In this document: piece by piece, positions 37,529 to 55,329 of the stretch | Numbering within the stretch: the stretch's first letter is position 1 | Layout: each line of letters starts with the position of its first letter | Source: Oikopleura dioica | Taxonomy: Eukaryota > Animalia > Chordata | Reading direction: 5' to 3' | NCBI GenBank assembly: GCA_907165135.1 | Contig: OU015567.1 | Span: 2,604,001-2,668,000, forward strand | DNA: 64,000 nucleotides | Program-made: the position numbers and the translations under genes | Notes under the pieces: model-generated | Database searches by the model: none | Told to the model about the DNA's origin: nothing | The model's input: only the letters and a program-made list of their open reading frames with translations

Positions 37529-39883
37529 TTAATATTGTTTGTTTCGTGGTGGGCCTCTGTTGTCTCCACGGTTGTTTCGGTAGCCGCCGTCGCCCCCGTT
37601 GTACTCGCCTCCGCGCTGGCCGCCTCGTGGTGGACCGCGGTTGTTCTGTCCTCCCTCGCGCGGGCCGTTGTAGTTGCCGCCCCCGCGGCCACCTCTGTAA
37701 CCGCCTCGGCCGCCACCTTCGCGGTAGCCACCCTGGCGGGTCTTCTTCTCCTCGATGTTCAATGAGTAGTTGTTCCAAGAGATATCGTGCTTGAAGTATT
37801 TGTTAATACACGCGTTACAGTGGTGGGCGAGCTTACTTTCTTTTCAAGAGCATTTTTGACGCTGTCTTCCGATTTGAAAGTGACGAAACCGAAACCATTT
37901 TTGGCATCTGCCCGGCTGCCCTGGTTGATTCGAATGTGTTGGACCTCACCAAACTGCTCAAAGACGCTTTTGATGTCCTCCTCGGTCATTTGTCGAGGAA
38001 GAGCTCCAACGAAAATCTGGCAGCTGTCATTATATCTAGAATTGAATTAAGCCGATGATGTTTTTGGAGCTAAGAAGCCACAAACTTACCGAGATCGATC
38101 GTACTGCGGTCGGCCTTGATCACGCTGCTCCGAAGTTTCGACTTGTTCTGGCTCTGCCGGTTTAACAGGCTCTGGCTTTGGCTCGACCGGCTTTGGTGCG
38201 ACTGGCTTTGGCGCCTGGACAGGGACTGGTGCAGGAGCTGGAGCAGCAGCGGCACCGCCTCGCATTCGAGCAGCCCAGGACATGGGACCGGCTGGTTTTG
38301 CTGGCTGAGCAGGAGCGACTGGTTCCACTGGCTTTACAGGTTCTGGAGCCGGTGCGACTGGTTCGGGTTCTGAAATAAACGATAAAAGAGCGAAATATAA
38401 TGATCTGGTACCTTTGACTGGCTCAGGCTCGGCAACAACTGGTTCTGGCTCAACGACAGGTGTCTCAAATGGCTCTGGAACGGGCTCGGGTGCGACTGGA
38501 GCAGCTGGCTCAGCCGACAACTGCTCAAATCCGTTGGTAACTGGAGCAGCTTCGACGATCTGCGGCTCTTCAACTTGCTTGGGGGCTTCAGTGAGAACCG
38601 GCTCGGCGTAGCTAGAAAAGATGATAGAGAAAAGCTGAATGGAATGGTTTACTTGTTCTGGATTAAGTTTGCTGGCTCAGGGGCGTCGCCGTGAGCCTGG
38701 AGGTCATGAGTGGATACACCATTAGTTTGAACGGATTCGAGGGCTTCTTCGCCATTATCCTCCGCCTGGACTTCCTCGTAGATTTCATCCTGGTATCGGA
38801 AGATGTCGTTGTGGATGTAGAACGAGGTACCGGCTTCAACACCTATTGAATTTGATGAGAAAACATGGATGTCAGGTTCTGGGCTCAGCAAACTGAGCTG
38901 TGTAAAAACCTGTCACAGGTCCTGTTTCCTGTTTTTGGGGAACCTGTCTGAGTACCTGTGTAAAATCGGGTAATAATTTGGGCCTGTCCTGTGTACCTGT
39001 GTAAAATTGGGGAAAAAATTTTCTTTAGCTGTCCCTGTTCCTGTCTTAAACAGGCCTGTGTTTCCCGCTCAGGTCCTGACCGTAGACAGGTTCCTGTGTA
39101 ACCAGGTCAGGAACCGCATAAGTCAGGGAAAATGTTTAAAGAAATCAATAGCGAAAGACGTAAAAGGAGTTCAACAATCAAAATAACCGATAAATTCGCG
39201 TCTTTTTGTTTCTTTGTAATAATTTTTCTCAGAAATACCCTGTTTTTTGTCCTGTCACAGGGCCTGTTTCCTGTTTTCTGACCTGCTCCGACCTGTTCAT
39301 GCAGGCCCTGACCCGTGTAACCTGTTTGATAAGCTATGTAAAAAAACCTGTCTGAGTACCTGTCTAAAATCAGGATATTTTTGCTTCCTGACCTGTGTAC
39401 CTGTGTAAAATATGGGACAGAATTTTTTTTCCTGTTCCTGTGTCTGTTCCTGACACAGTTTGCCGAGCCTAGGTCAGGTTAATTTACCTTGTCGCTCTTG
39501 TGGTCCGAGAACGAAAGTCTGTGCAAATCGTCGCAATGGGGAGCAATTGTTTGAGATCTCGCCTACAACTTGGACGACGATGCCGTTGCCAATGGTGAGA
39601 AAGGCGTCGAGGCAGGCGACCTTGGTGTAGCAATCCTCGAATTTGAGGTCGCGGAAGCGCTCGCGGATCTTGAGCTGGCCAATGACCGGTGTCTGCTCGC
39701 TGAAATCGCCGTGGATCATCTCCGAGTTCGTTCCGTAGAAGCGGTGCAGGAATTTCGGCTGTTTGTTCAACATGGTGTAGTACTACAAAGCTCGTAAAGG
39801 GAGACTGTAATAGGAAAGATTAACAGTACCTGTCTGACAAACTCCCGTCCGACGGCCTTCGCGGTAAGAACTTTCTCGACCAT
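37529..39883 (-). CDS. G3BP: Ras-GAP SH3-binding protein (G3BP/Rasputin)
   Basis: NTF2-like domain (VGREFVRQYYTMLNK...LHRFYG...RRFAQTFVL...FYIHNDIFRYQD), acidic/Pro-rich linker, RRM (LFVGALP...GFGFVTF) and RGG tail. Confidence 0.93.
38879..39472. mobile_element. hAT-like non-autonomous element in a G3BP intron (594 bp)
   Basis: 8-bp direct repeat GTCAGGTT at 38871..38878 and 39473..39480. Imperfect TIR CTGGGCTCAGCAAAACTG versus CTAGGCTCGGCAAACTG. Internal CCTGT-rich duplicated blocks. Removing it leaves an intron of about 43 nt. Confidence 0.75.
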
Positions 39884-39903
39884 TGCTTTATATAAATATT
39901 AAT

Positions 39904-39920
39904 CTGAAAGAGACAAAAAG
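39904..39920 (-). promoter_or_regulatory. Candidate unpaired (trans-splice) acceptor upstream of G3BP
   Basis: On the minus strand TGTCTCTTTCAG lies 20 nt before the ATG, about 130 nt after the upstream gene's stop; no donor was identified for it by eye. Confidence 0.4.
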
Positions 39921-40033
39921 GAATGAACTGATTTTTAGAAAAAGAAAATTTTGGCGGTACAAAAATAGTAAATAATGGAACTGTGCGAAATTGAATACAA
40001 AAATAGTGTTAGGCTGATTGAAGTTTTTTGAGT

Positions 40034-42441
40034 TTAGTAGTCGTCATCGTCGGGTAGGTATCGAGACTCGATTTCGTTTAGTTGAGAAGTCATGTCGAAG
40101 TTGTCAGCGAGATCGTCATCTGTGTAGATAGATGAGCGAGATGCTGGCCTAGAAAAGGGTTGAAAAAGGGATCGAATGAAGGCTTTACCGAGGAGCCTCG
40201 TGCTCTCCATTTGGCTGACTAGTCATTTGCTCGGAGAACCGTCGACTATGAGCATCAAAAAGCTCTTGTTCCTGCTGACGTAGCAGTTCTTCTTGCCACT
40301 CGTTGTCGTGCTCGAAATCGTAGTCGTTCTCAGCATTGTATTCATCGTGGGAGAGCTCGACTGTGACCACGTTGTTAACTACCGTCCCGTCGGAGTAGAT
40401 TGTTTGATGGACGGTTTCTTGGAAGATGCGTTCTTCTGGTGATAGGAGCTGCTCGTCGAATCTACGAACAAGATAAGACTTTGAAAAGACATTTTGTAGA
40501 GTTACCTTGATTGGAGCTCTGGCCGATGTATTTCTTCGACGGATGTGTTGCTAGAAGCGACTGTAATAGCTTGTAACTCGTCGTTGTCTTCAAGTGAGTC
40601 CATTGAAACTCGCGATTCGACGTCGTTGTCAAAGTTGACCCCTGGCGTTGGCATCCACATTGGCTCGTAGTCGCTCACTTTTAGTGCTCTTGGGCTTGGT
40701 TTTCGACGATTCTGGCTGGGTTTAGGCGCTGATGGTGGTCTCGGGGTCAGTTGTTTCTCGATGACGACTTCTAAAGGAGCCGCTGCGCCTTTTTCTTCGA
40801 TTAGTACTGGGTGTTCTTTAGGTTTCTCGACGTTGAGCGAGTGGGAGGAGATCGAGTCAAGCAACATTTCCCGCAGCTCGTTTCGATCCTCTTCCAGCTC
40901 GTAGTCTTCCTCGGTCTTGAATCGATCATCATCGTCGTCATCGTCATTATTTTCGGGAGCTTCTTCTTCGCCGAATTCTTGGGAAGCAGCGATCATTCGA
41001 CTTGCAGACCTGGCTTGCTCGAGATAAATCCTTTCAACGGCAGTGATGTTCGTTTTCTGCTCAAACATCTTTTCAAGCTCGTCTAGTTTCTTTTCGATTG
41101 GCACTTCATGCGGTAAAGCTGGCATTTCTTCTCCTGTCCCGACTTCTCCTGATTTCGATGATCGGGCAGAAAAAGTCGGTTTGTGATAATCGGCTCTAGG
41201 AGTCACTCGTCGATCACCGCGAAATTCAGCCACTGCTTGTTGAAATTCCCGCGCTGCAGCTTCTTCATCGTAGGTCCCGTGAAGCAGAGATGTTTCCTGG
41301 CCAATCGGGACGACGGGAAGGGACTCAACGTTTCTTGGAGTGAAGCCGGTCGGACCAGAGAACGATGGGCTCAATGGCTTGAGGGAGAACTCCGCGGATG
41401 TCGAGAGACTTGTCTGTCCAGATTGAGATTGAGGGACTTGGGAGCGTGCAGTCCCAGGCCTTGAGCTTCTTGGAGGGATGAGCGGGTAGTAGGTGCATTG
41501 TTTCCAGCCACTCGCGGGGCGAATAACCCGACCTGTGCTCGGGTCGCAGGGCATCAGTCGCTTCCTCCCTTCGCGAATGGTGTAAACTCCGACGGTTCGA
41601 GCAGAAGCCACGGTTTTGACTGTGTTTAGGTCGAGATCGCCTTCGCGCGTTAGAGGGAGTTCGTATATTTCGCTGTTTTGGGAGTCGGAGAACAGGATGT
41701 ATTCCTAAAACGGTTGGGAAAAGTGTAGGAGTAGAGCGGATTACCTCGACTGGTTCCAGCGATTTAGGACTTCTTCTATTAGCTGATCCAAAAGGCGATC
41801 GTTTCGGAGGAGATCTGGTAAGCGGAGGGTAGGATGCTTGAGGAGCGTTTGAATTTGAGACTCGTCTTTTGGTCTGCTTTACTTCTGCTGCCAAACGGGC
41901 TTTTTCACTCGCGATGAACTACAGGAAAATATGAGATGAAAAAGGGACGAATTTTACTGACATTGGCCATTTCTTGGTCGGCAGGGCGTTTGGGGACATC
42001 CAAGGGCTTGTCTTTCAGCACTTTAAATTTGAGATTTCTTTGAAAAAAGGTTGATAAGCGGCTTTTTACGAAGAAAAAGGTGAATTAGTTTTAATTTGGT
42101 ATGTCCAGAAAAAGCTCAAAAACTCGCGAGACCTACCAAAAAACTGAAACTTATCAAAAACGCCTGATTTTCAACCTTTTCCTATCATATCCTTTCCCAA
42201 GAATCTTCCTGCTTTGCGAATCAAGCGCCCCCTTCGACCTTGAGTTCTTGACTCCCCTCTGACCGATGCTTCCATCTCCCAGTCCGGCGGAACTGGCCCA
42301 ATTTAACGCTTCTCGCTCCCGTTTCGTCTTTTCTTTTTCGAAAAGTCTCTTGACCTCGATCAGCCGCTGCTCCATCTCAATATTTGAGCGGTGGAGGCGC
42401 TCGCTTTCGCTTGCCGAAATTTGGCGGACATTTCGCGACAT
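40034..42441 (-). CDS. ZBBX-like (ciliary) protein
   Basis: N-terminal ERLHRSNIEMEQRLIEVKRLFEKEKTKRERE..W resembles the recalled ZBBX N-terminal coiled coil. The long ORF 40502..41611 and linked exons end at a stop at 40034..40036. No B-box was seen. Confidence 0.5.
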
Positions 42442-44761
42442 CTAAAGTAAGAACAAATTAGTATGTTATCAGTAGTTAAAACATGGGTTTTAAAGTTTAT
42501 CGAACAGAAATCGATTAGCAATTCTACGTAAAATTTCACCTAGAGAGCAAAATATTTTTATTCCAAGAAATTGGTCTAGATTCTAGACTCTAGAATCATA
42601 AAGAAAGTTCTTTAAAATCACTCGACCGCGAAATCTTCTCATAAAAAAGTCTCTGAAATTAGCGCAGCGCCGCGCATAGGTCCGAACCAATTTACTACTC
42701 GCTCGGCGCGGCGGTCAAAACGCCTTCTCATTGGCCGGCGATGCGCCGATGACTCAATCTTTTCCAGCGAAGTTGAGAATAGAGCAGAATGACAGAGGGG
42801 TTTAAGGCTTTTTTCGAGAGAGTTTTTATATACAAAACGATACAAAAGCTGAATGATTTTTATAACTTATGTAAAAACTAAAATCTTCAAAGATATTTTT
42901 ATGAACAAAGCTAAGAATTTAGGACAATTTGATAACTGAAAAATAAGAATTTTTAAGATTAAAGAAAGGAACAAATGCTAACAGTCAAAATGATAAATAT
43001 TTCTTTTCTTCTGGATTATTAGTTAGTCGTAAATAAACAAATAAATATGGTAATTTTTGAAGAGAATTTCCGCTGCCACGGTGTCCCCCGCGTAGGTGGA
43101 GAGCGCCCGCTGATTGGCTCCCTGAGCGCAATTTTCTCAACTTGGTTCGAACCAAAACCATCACATCATTTTTCAAACACACACAAAGCCAGCGAGAGAC
43201 CAACCCAAACATTCATTCGTCTTTTCGCCCCTCTCTCGTTCGCCGCTCCGCGTTTTTTTTTTCATTTTGAGAAGGTTTCAAAGTTTCGCCAGAAAATTAG
43301 GCAGTGAGTTGATAGCGCCCTGTTTTACCGAAAATTAGTTAGAGCCGGGTCTATCGTTACTGCTCCATTTTCTGACGAGTATTCGACAAATGGACGATTT
43401 CTATGGACTCTTTCTGTATCGTGGACCTACTGTACAATTTACTCATGATTTCATTTCGTTTAACGTTTTCATCAGCGAGTAAAAATGATATTCAGAAATT
43501 TTCGCTTTTCAAGTTTTCTCCTCTATATTTACCTTTCTCCTCAGATGACGCAGAAACCTGCTTCAGTACCCTGACTCAGGATTCTTTTCAACCGAGTCTA
43601 GCCGGAAGCGGCTTTTTCTTCAACACGTGAATCTTTTCTTGATAACTTTTTATTCAAATGATGCAGGAAGACGTTTAGGTTTCGTTCTTTTTTTTCCGAA
43701 AGAAAACCAGTTTCTGAATTGCCCTTCTGGGATCAAGAGAAAGAATAAAACGGGGGGATATTTTTTATTGAAGTGAAACATCGATGTTTGTGGCAATTTA
43801 AAAATTTGGAGCGGCGGGATCAAAGGACCACGCCGCTTCCGTGCCCCAGTCAGTCATATTTTTTCCAATATGCACAAGTCCGGCAGTCTTTTTTTTTATT
43901 GAAGAATTTGTACTTTGAAAGAGAGAAAGAAAATAATTCACTGGAGGAATAACCCCTTTTTATCCGAAGAAAACTGATAAATATTGCATTTTTATGTTCA
44001 TTTGTCATCATTGCTGGCTTTAAAGTTTACTAAAAAGTTGAGTTATTGAGAATTTTGCCAAGTAAAGCGCCGAATAAGCCTGTAGAAAAGGCTCGTGATT
44101 CAAGATTTGAGAATGAGCCTCGCAAAAGCGGCTCTTTATGAACAAAAGCTGAAAAGTCGCCCGAGCTTCTTTGTTTCCTTCTTTTGTCTCAAAAATTAAG
44201 TCTTTTCCTAGTGATTAGTGATATTGATACTTTTACCAAGTTTTTTCCCATCAATGTTTAATCAATTTTAAACGAATAGTTTTCACGAAAGGAAAATTTT
44301 AACAATAATTCATTGAACTCATTTTCGAAGTCAAATTATGATAGAAGCATGCGGTGCTGATTCATGCTTCTCCGTAATGCCTTCTCGCGCTTTTGCTAAA
44401 ACAAATTCTTGAATTTCAATTTACTCTTGATTTTGCCAATTGGCTGCATTGAAATCGGGATAGAGAGAGGAGAGAAAGAAATGGCTGATTCAATCTTTAT
44501 TTGCACGCTGATTTTACCAGTCATTTTTCTTTCATAGAAAGAGATGAATAGATGCGTTTTCTCAAGCGGAAATGGACTTGAATTCTAGGTTCAATTGTGA
44601 ATAAGAGAAATCAACAGCGAAAGCTCTTGAATCAATGTTGAGTTCTAGGGAAAAATTTTCCTTTTTATGATCGCTAATTGACTCATTTTGAAAATTCAAG
44701 CGCCATCATGATCTTTTTCTTTCTTCAAAAGCGCTTGTAAAAATCGTGACTGCTTATTTAA

Positions 44762-49842
<5,081 letters not shown>

Positions 49843-50917
49843 AATAATCGAAAAAAAAAAATCGTGAAAATCACCAAAATGCCGCAGAAAATTTAACTGA
49901 CAACAGCTCCCTTTACTATGGCGAAAGTTTCTTCAAGAATCCCTTCCAAGATTTAAAAATTGTGAATCCAACTATATTTAAGATTTGCCACTTGACTGTT
50001 TCTCACTCAAACTGACCTAAACAACGTTCCCTACTGTATAAAGAAAAAAAGCAACAAAAGGAAAAATACAACAAATTGCCTGTACAAAATCTCTCTTATC
50101 ACTATTTTCTTATCAGGAATCTTTAAAAAGCAGCAAGTACCAGCTTTCCTCTGTTTTATTTTCAATCTTTCGCTCATAAGATAATTTAACATCGTTGCCA
50201 TTCTATAGCCTTACAACTTGTCTCAACTTTTGTCTCTAGAATAAATAAATAGAATAAATTATGTGCATCAGCATCTCTAGACTATCGAGGACTTCTTTTA
50301 TTCTCGGTATTATTATCTAGAAAGAGATTAGAGCTCCTAGAAATCAATTCAAAATCGTCTTTGTCTTCCTTAAAAGCAACCCTAGTCTTTGACTAGTAGT
50401 CAAATTAAACCGTGCAGTCCACTTTTCTTACAGTATTTCCAGAGTTATCTCAAAACCTGTCGGTATACAATAGCAGTTACAGTTACAGTAAAGTCGTTTT
50501 CTTCGATCAAAATCAAAGCATGTGTCCTCCTTAACTTTATTTACATAGGTTATTCTACATTCCAACATTTGGTGATTCTTCTTTCCTCCCTTTCTGGTTA
50601 AATCCTGTTCTTGATTTCTATTTCTATTCAATATTTCCAAAAAATGGCTGAAATCATGAAGTAGCGAAAAAAGTCCGACAAATTATTTTGCGCTAATCAA
50701 GGACCAGAATTCAGCTAATAGCTGAATCAGAAGGCAGCATTCGGCCAACAAGAAGCCTTCATTTCGTGTTTCGGCCAATCAAAAGCCTAGGCTGCAAATA
50801 TTGTCGGATTTTTTTTCGCTTCGATTTCTTTCAAAAAACCTCGTTCAAAGTAAATGTTTACAATAAATTCAAGCATTTCTTCTATGAACTTAACCATTTT
50901 TATAAATTAAAGAAAAA

Positions 50918-52652
50918 ATGGCCCATCGTGGACGCGGTCGAGGCGGATCAAATCCCAATTTTCATCCCCGTGGCGGTGGAGGAGGAGAAAGACAGCAGAC
51001 CTTCGGAGCACAGCGCGATTTTCGCGCCGATCCAAATTACAAACATGGCGAATTCGCCAACAAGTTACAGAGGCCACCGATTCAATGTCTCTATGTTCCC
51101 GATGATTTAATGACAGAAGAAGATTTGGTAAGTAGAAAGTTTATTCGAGCTTTTTGAAGGAGTTTTTTCGGTACCATTTCTTTTTGAAATTGATGACGTT
51201 CAGGACGAAATTTTTCGTGTTGATATTTGGGCAATTGAAGGAGAATTCTAAGGCAAAATCGTTTAGCAAGTTCGCCATCTTTTCGAGAGTTAGTTCTATT
51301 TCATCCTTCGTCACCTAAAATAGAGCAATAGAAGTTGAAAGAGAGTTTTTTCTTACAGTATTTTGCCAAAACTTTCGCCAGCGAGGGTCTTTGATTGTTG
51401 TGTCGATTGAAAAACCAATTTCTACCAGTCTAATCACTCTTGTATACGCTTAAAAACCAGTTGGATTAACATTCAATGGACCATTTACCGATGCAGCCGA
51501 CTCCTTCTTTTTCTAAGCTTGCTATAAGCTTCTTTGCTTCATGAACTCGTTCATTGAGCTTGATTCGTTTTGAGTAAAAATCAACGCCTTTGCAACTTTC
51601 TCGGAGATTTTTCGTCACTTTTGCAAGCTGGTAGATACTATGATAGTCTGCCCACTCTTCCAGTTCTTTTAGATGTTTGTTTCTTGATTTTTTACAAAAA
51701 ATAGAGGGGAAAATGCTTTACCTGCAATTCTCATCTAGGTATTCAACAAGCTCATCGTATGTTTTTGCTTCTTTTTGTTTTGCACTTCCAATTTCCTTCA
51801 ATTTCTTTTGCTTCTGGCTTATTCCTAAAACGCATATGATAGTATCGTAAAAAATTTCTAAGCTCAAGAAGCAAACAGAAAATATTAAAGAAAAGCCGTT
51901 TTCCCCATTTTCCTTTTGAAATATACCTGTTATTGCTTTGGCAACAAGTTTCTTTCGAATGTGTGGGGCTTGATGATCTTGAGCATGCATCAACTTATGA
52001 ATAACATCCTTCAAATCCACCTCAGCCGTCCATAAGAACCCTTGGACTCCGGAAATTACTGCTATAATTAAAATCAAAGCTCTCATTTTCTTTTGAAAAT
52101 GTCCAAAACAACTCCCGAAGCTCATTCTCTCCCATTCTAGAATCTTTATCATCTAATGAGTTTTCATTCTAGCGCAAGATAAAGGAGCAAGCAGATGCGC
52201 ACGCGGCTTGGCGAAAACAGGAAGGAATTGAGTTTCGATTCGCAGAAGAGCAGCATCTCTGGGTGCAGAAAGATCAAAAGACCGAGTCTGAAGAGGCAAA
52301 ACGGAAGAAAGCAGAGTAAGTCAACAATTTCTCAGTCTTTTTTCACCGATTTCAAAGGATAAAAGCAGCGAATATCGCGCGTCAAGAAGCAAGAAGCCAC
52401 CCAAAAGTGCAAGGACCATCGATCGGTCGAGGACAGATGCTTCAGCAAGTTCGCCAGAGAAACAATCCACTGGACAATCTTGGCGTCCGACAGGCTCCAG
52501 CTCCTCAGCCGGAGAAAAAAGAGGAAGAACAAGCTTGGAATCTGGAAAATCACGTTCCACAAGGAGCAGCGCCGCGGAACGAAATGCAAGAGCCGCCCGC
52601 TGCTGCTGTCGGCCGTGGTCGTGGACGAGGACGTCGTCAAATCATGAATTGA
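50918..52652 (+). CDS. Uncharacterised RG-rich protein (hosts a nested gene)
   Basis: MAHRGRGRGG... exon 1, GT-AG intron 51128..52172, then in-frame exons ending ...GRGRGRGRRQIMN*. Confidence 0.7.
51141..52086 (-). CDS. Nested antisense gene encoding a predicted secreted protein
   Basis: Signal peptide MRALILIIAVISGVQG, several short introns linking open exons (e.g. ELEEWADYHSIYQLAKV..., ...KKNSFKKLE*), stop at 51141..51143. Confidence 0.65.
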
Positions 52653-52942
52653 AAAATCAACTGTAAATAAACAAAAAGAAATAGAATTCGTCTTCAAAGT
52701 TATCCTGCACTTTCCCTTTTTTATCCACCTTTCTTAACGACGACTTTGAGCGTATTGACTGCCACATTAAAAAACCAAAACTTCATTTAAAAGTTAAAAC
52801 TCGACACATTCAAATGAAATAAACCGGACGAAACAAGAACATCTTTGAATATAACATTTTCTCTCTCACTAGAATGAACTTCGATAAAATAATCTGAAAG
52901 CGCTGTCTATAAAAGTCGGAAAAATAGAGTGAGTGTCAAACA

Positions 52943-55009
52943 ATGTTTGCGCGGATCATGACTCGAATTGCGCGCCCTGCGCCAAGGGTAATTGCAAAAG
53001 GTACGAGAGGGATTGTTTTCCGAGCGATTATCAGGAAGAGAATCAATCCCAGTCCTGTCAAAATGGCGCCACTCATTACCCTCGATCGTCTTAGGTACCG
53101 TTTAACGCCCTTATACATTCTCGATCCTTTCTTAGACAAGATAATGCTCTCTTCAACGCCCTTTACTGCCTCTACGAGCGAACGAATCAGACGAAAAGCT
53201 TGATAAGAGACATATCGATGCGTATCAAAAAGCTGCATCCGTTCCAAGGGTCATTTTTGCTTGGCGACAAGGAAGGGCGAAAAGTAGAAGATTTTACGCT
53301 AGGAAAAGTCCTTGGGAAAGGCTGTAACGGTGTCGCCTTCAGTGCCAAGTTGAAGGAAAAAGAAAATGCTCCTGATTTCGACCTTTCAAACGAATTTAAA
53401 GACAAAAAGAGCGACTTGGTAATCAAGCAAATGTTCAACTACAGCGCGTACGATACGAACTCGATCTTCTCCGCCTTTCAAGAAGAAGAACTTTTCAACA
53501 AAGACGAGTACTCGAAACGAAAGCTGATACATCCCTTCATCATGCCCATCGAGCGCAAATTCACCGGAGCATTTGTCGATCATCCGCAGAAGAACAAGTA
53601 CAGAGATGCCTGTCCGGACCGATCCGGCATGGATAGGACTTTGTATTTAGTCTCAAGAAAGATGGATACAGATTTGAATGGTTTATTCAAGGAAGAGTTT
53701 TTCATAAAAAATGTCCGTTCTTTTGAAGGATAAATTTTAAGTCATTTCACATATGATAACGCAGCTAAACACGTATTTATCCCCTTTACAAAATTCCAAA
53801 CTGCTGCATTTCTCTAGCATGATTCAAGAGTTGTCTTGTGTCATAATCATCTATCAATGTATTGTCCCCGCTCATTACCTTCTCCAAAAAGTCTTCGCCT
53901 GATACGGCTTTTCCGGAGCAAAGTCCGAGAAATAATGAAAATCGGGTCAGGAGCATGGTTCGTATTTAAATGTTTGAAATTCTTATTTGAGTATAATATG
54001 ATGGCAACGATTCTTTTTAACAAAGACCCTTTTAAATTTTAATCAATGTACGATATGATCGTTGGCTTGAGCCTCAACGGTCAGGGGATTAGCCTCTTGG
54101 ATGTGTTATTTCTATTTAACAGATTTACATATTTAAAACTCTTGAAAGAAAATTGAGAAGAACGATGCTTCCCTTTCATTAACCGACAGGCTGTTGATGT
54201 GCTATCAGCTCTTTGAGGCAGTTCGACATCTGGAGGTGAGATGAGTGCTTATTCTTACGATTCATGTCCTTCAGAAAATCGGCTACTGTCATCGTGATAT
54301 CAAGCCCGACAACATCTTTGTCAAAAACGTCTCTGAATCGGGTCCTCCCTTGGTTCTTCTCGGCGACTGGGGCTGTGCGACAGACAAGCTAAAGTTTATG
54401 AACGAAGAACCAACTGGCCGTTATGACCTGAGAAAAGGGAATGGTGCCTATTGCCCTCCGGAAATCGTCAACGCTGATCGAGGGAAGGAGCTGGATTATT
54501 CAAGGGCAGACTGCTGGTCTATTTCTTTAGTTGCACTAGGTAATAACATGAATGTCCTCTTAATTTTGAAACTTTCTTCAGATATTCTTCATGGAGGCCG
54601 CTCCCGTGGAAACCCCTTCTATCCAGTTCGAAACCGTCAGTTACTGAAAAATGGATCTTATGACGACTCGGATCTTGATTTCTACGTGAATAAACCTCCA
54701 GATGTTCCAACAAGCATCTTCTCAAAAATTAAGAAGATGCTCTGGCGGGAGCCTTCAAAACGTCTTTCAACTCGAAAGGTCCCTGAGGAAATCTTCTGTC
54801 ATGTCTTCAACCGTCCTAAATTGTCACCTACCGACCCTGTCGCTTCTCTCGATCGCCTTGACAACTGGCTCATCGACCTCTACCAAAGCATTCTTCACAA
54901 GTCTCAAAACGTTTCCGAAACTATCAACTGTATAAAACTCTGTTTCTTGCGCAATATGACGACTTCTACGTTTCAACCCTTTTTCGACATCGGGATTCTC
55001 AGAAAATAA
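52943..55009 (+). CDS. PINK1: PTEN-induced kinase 1
   Basis: Arg-rich presequence-like N-terminus, LGKGCNG, IKQMFNY, HPFI, RTLYLV, HRDIKPDNI, GNGAYCPPEI, DYSRADCW and GNPFY, collinear with PINK1 motifs. Confidence 0.85.
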
Positions 55010-55329
55010 AAATATAGTTCATGTTCTTGCAAATATATGGAAGCAGATTTCTTTGACGAAATTCGCTTCTCATTTTTTCTATGAAACCAAAAAGATTTTC
55101 GATCTCTTTGAATGCATAAGCATTTTTCTTCTCACCATGGTATCCGCATAAATATTTCATAATCATTGTGCAAGGACTCGTTATCAATTGTCAAAAACGA
55201 ATGTTTTCCGAAGCGATATGCACTAACTTCCGCAGGTGCTTGAGATGCATAAGTAAATATCTTTTTCCAACTTAAATTTGCCGGATCTTCATGGCAGTTG
55301 GGATTTCAGCATACAGCTGTAGAGCAAAA

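Noticed and set aside
44343-44372. 9-bp inverted repeat AGAAGCATG...CATGCTTCT
   Set aside because: It is too short to exceed chance and has no TSD or family context.
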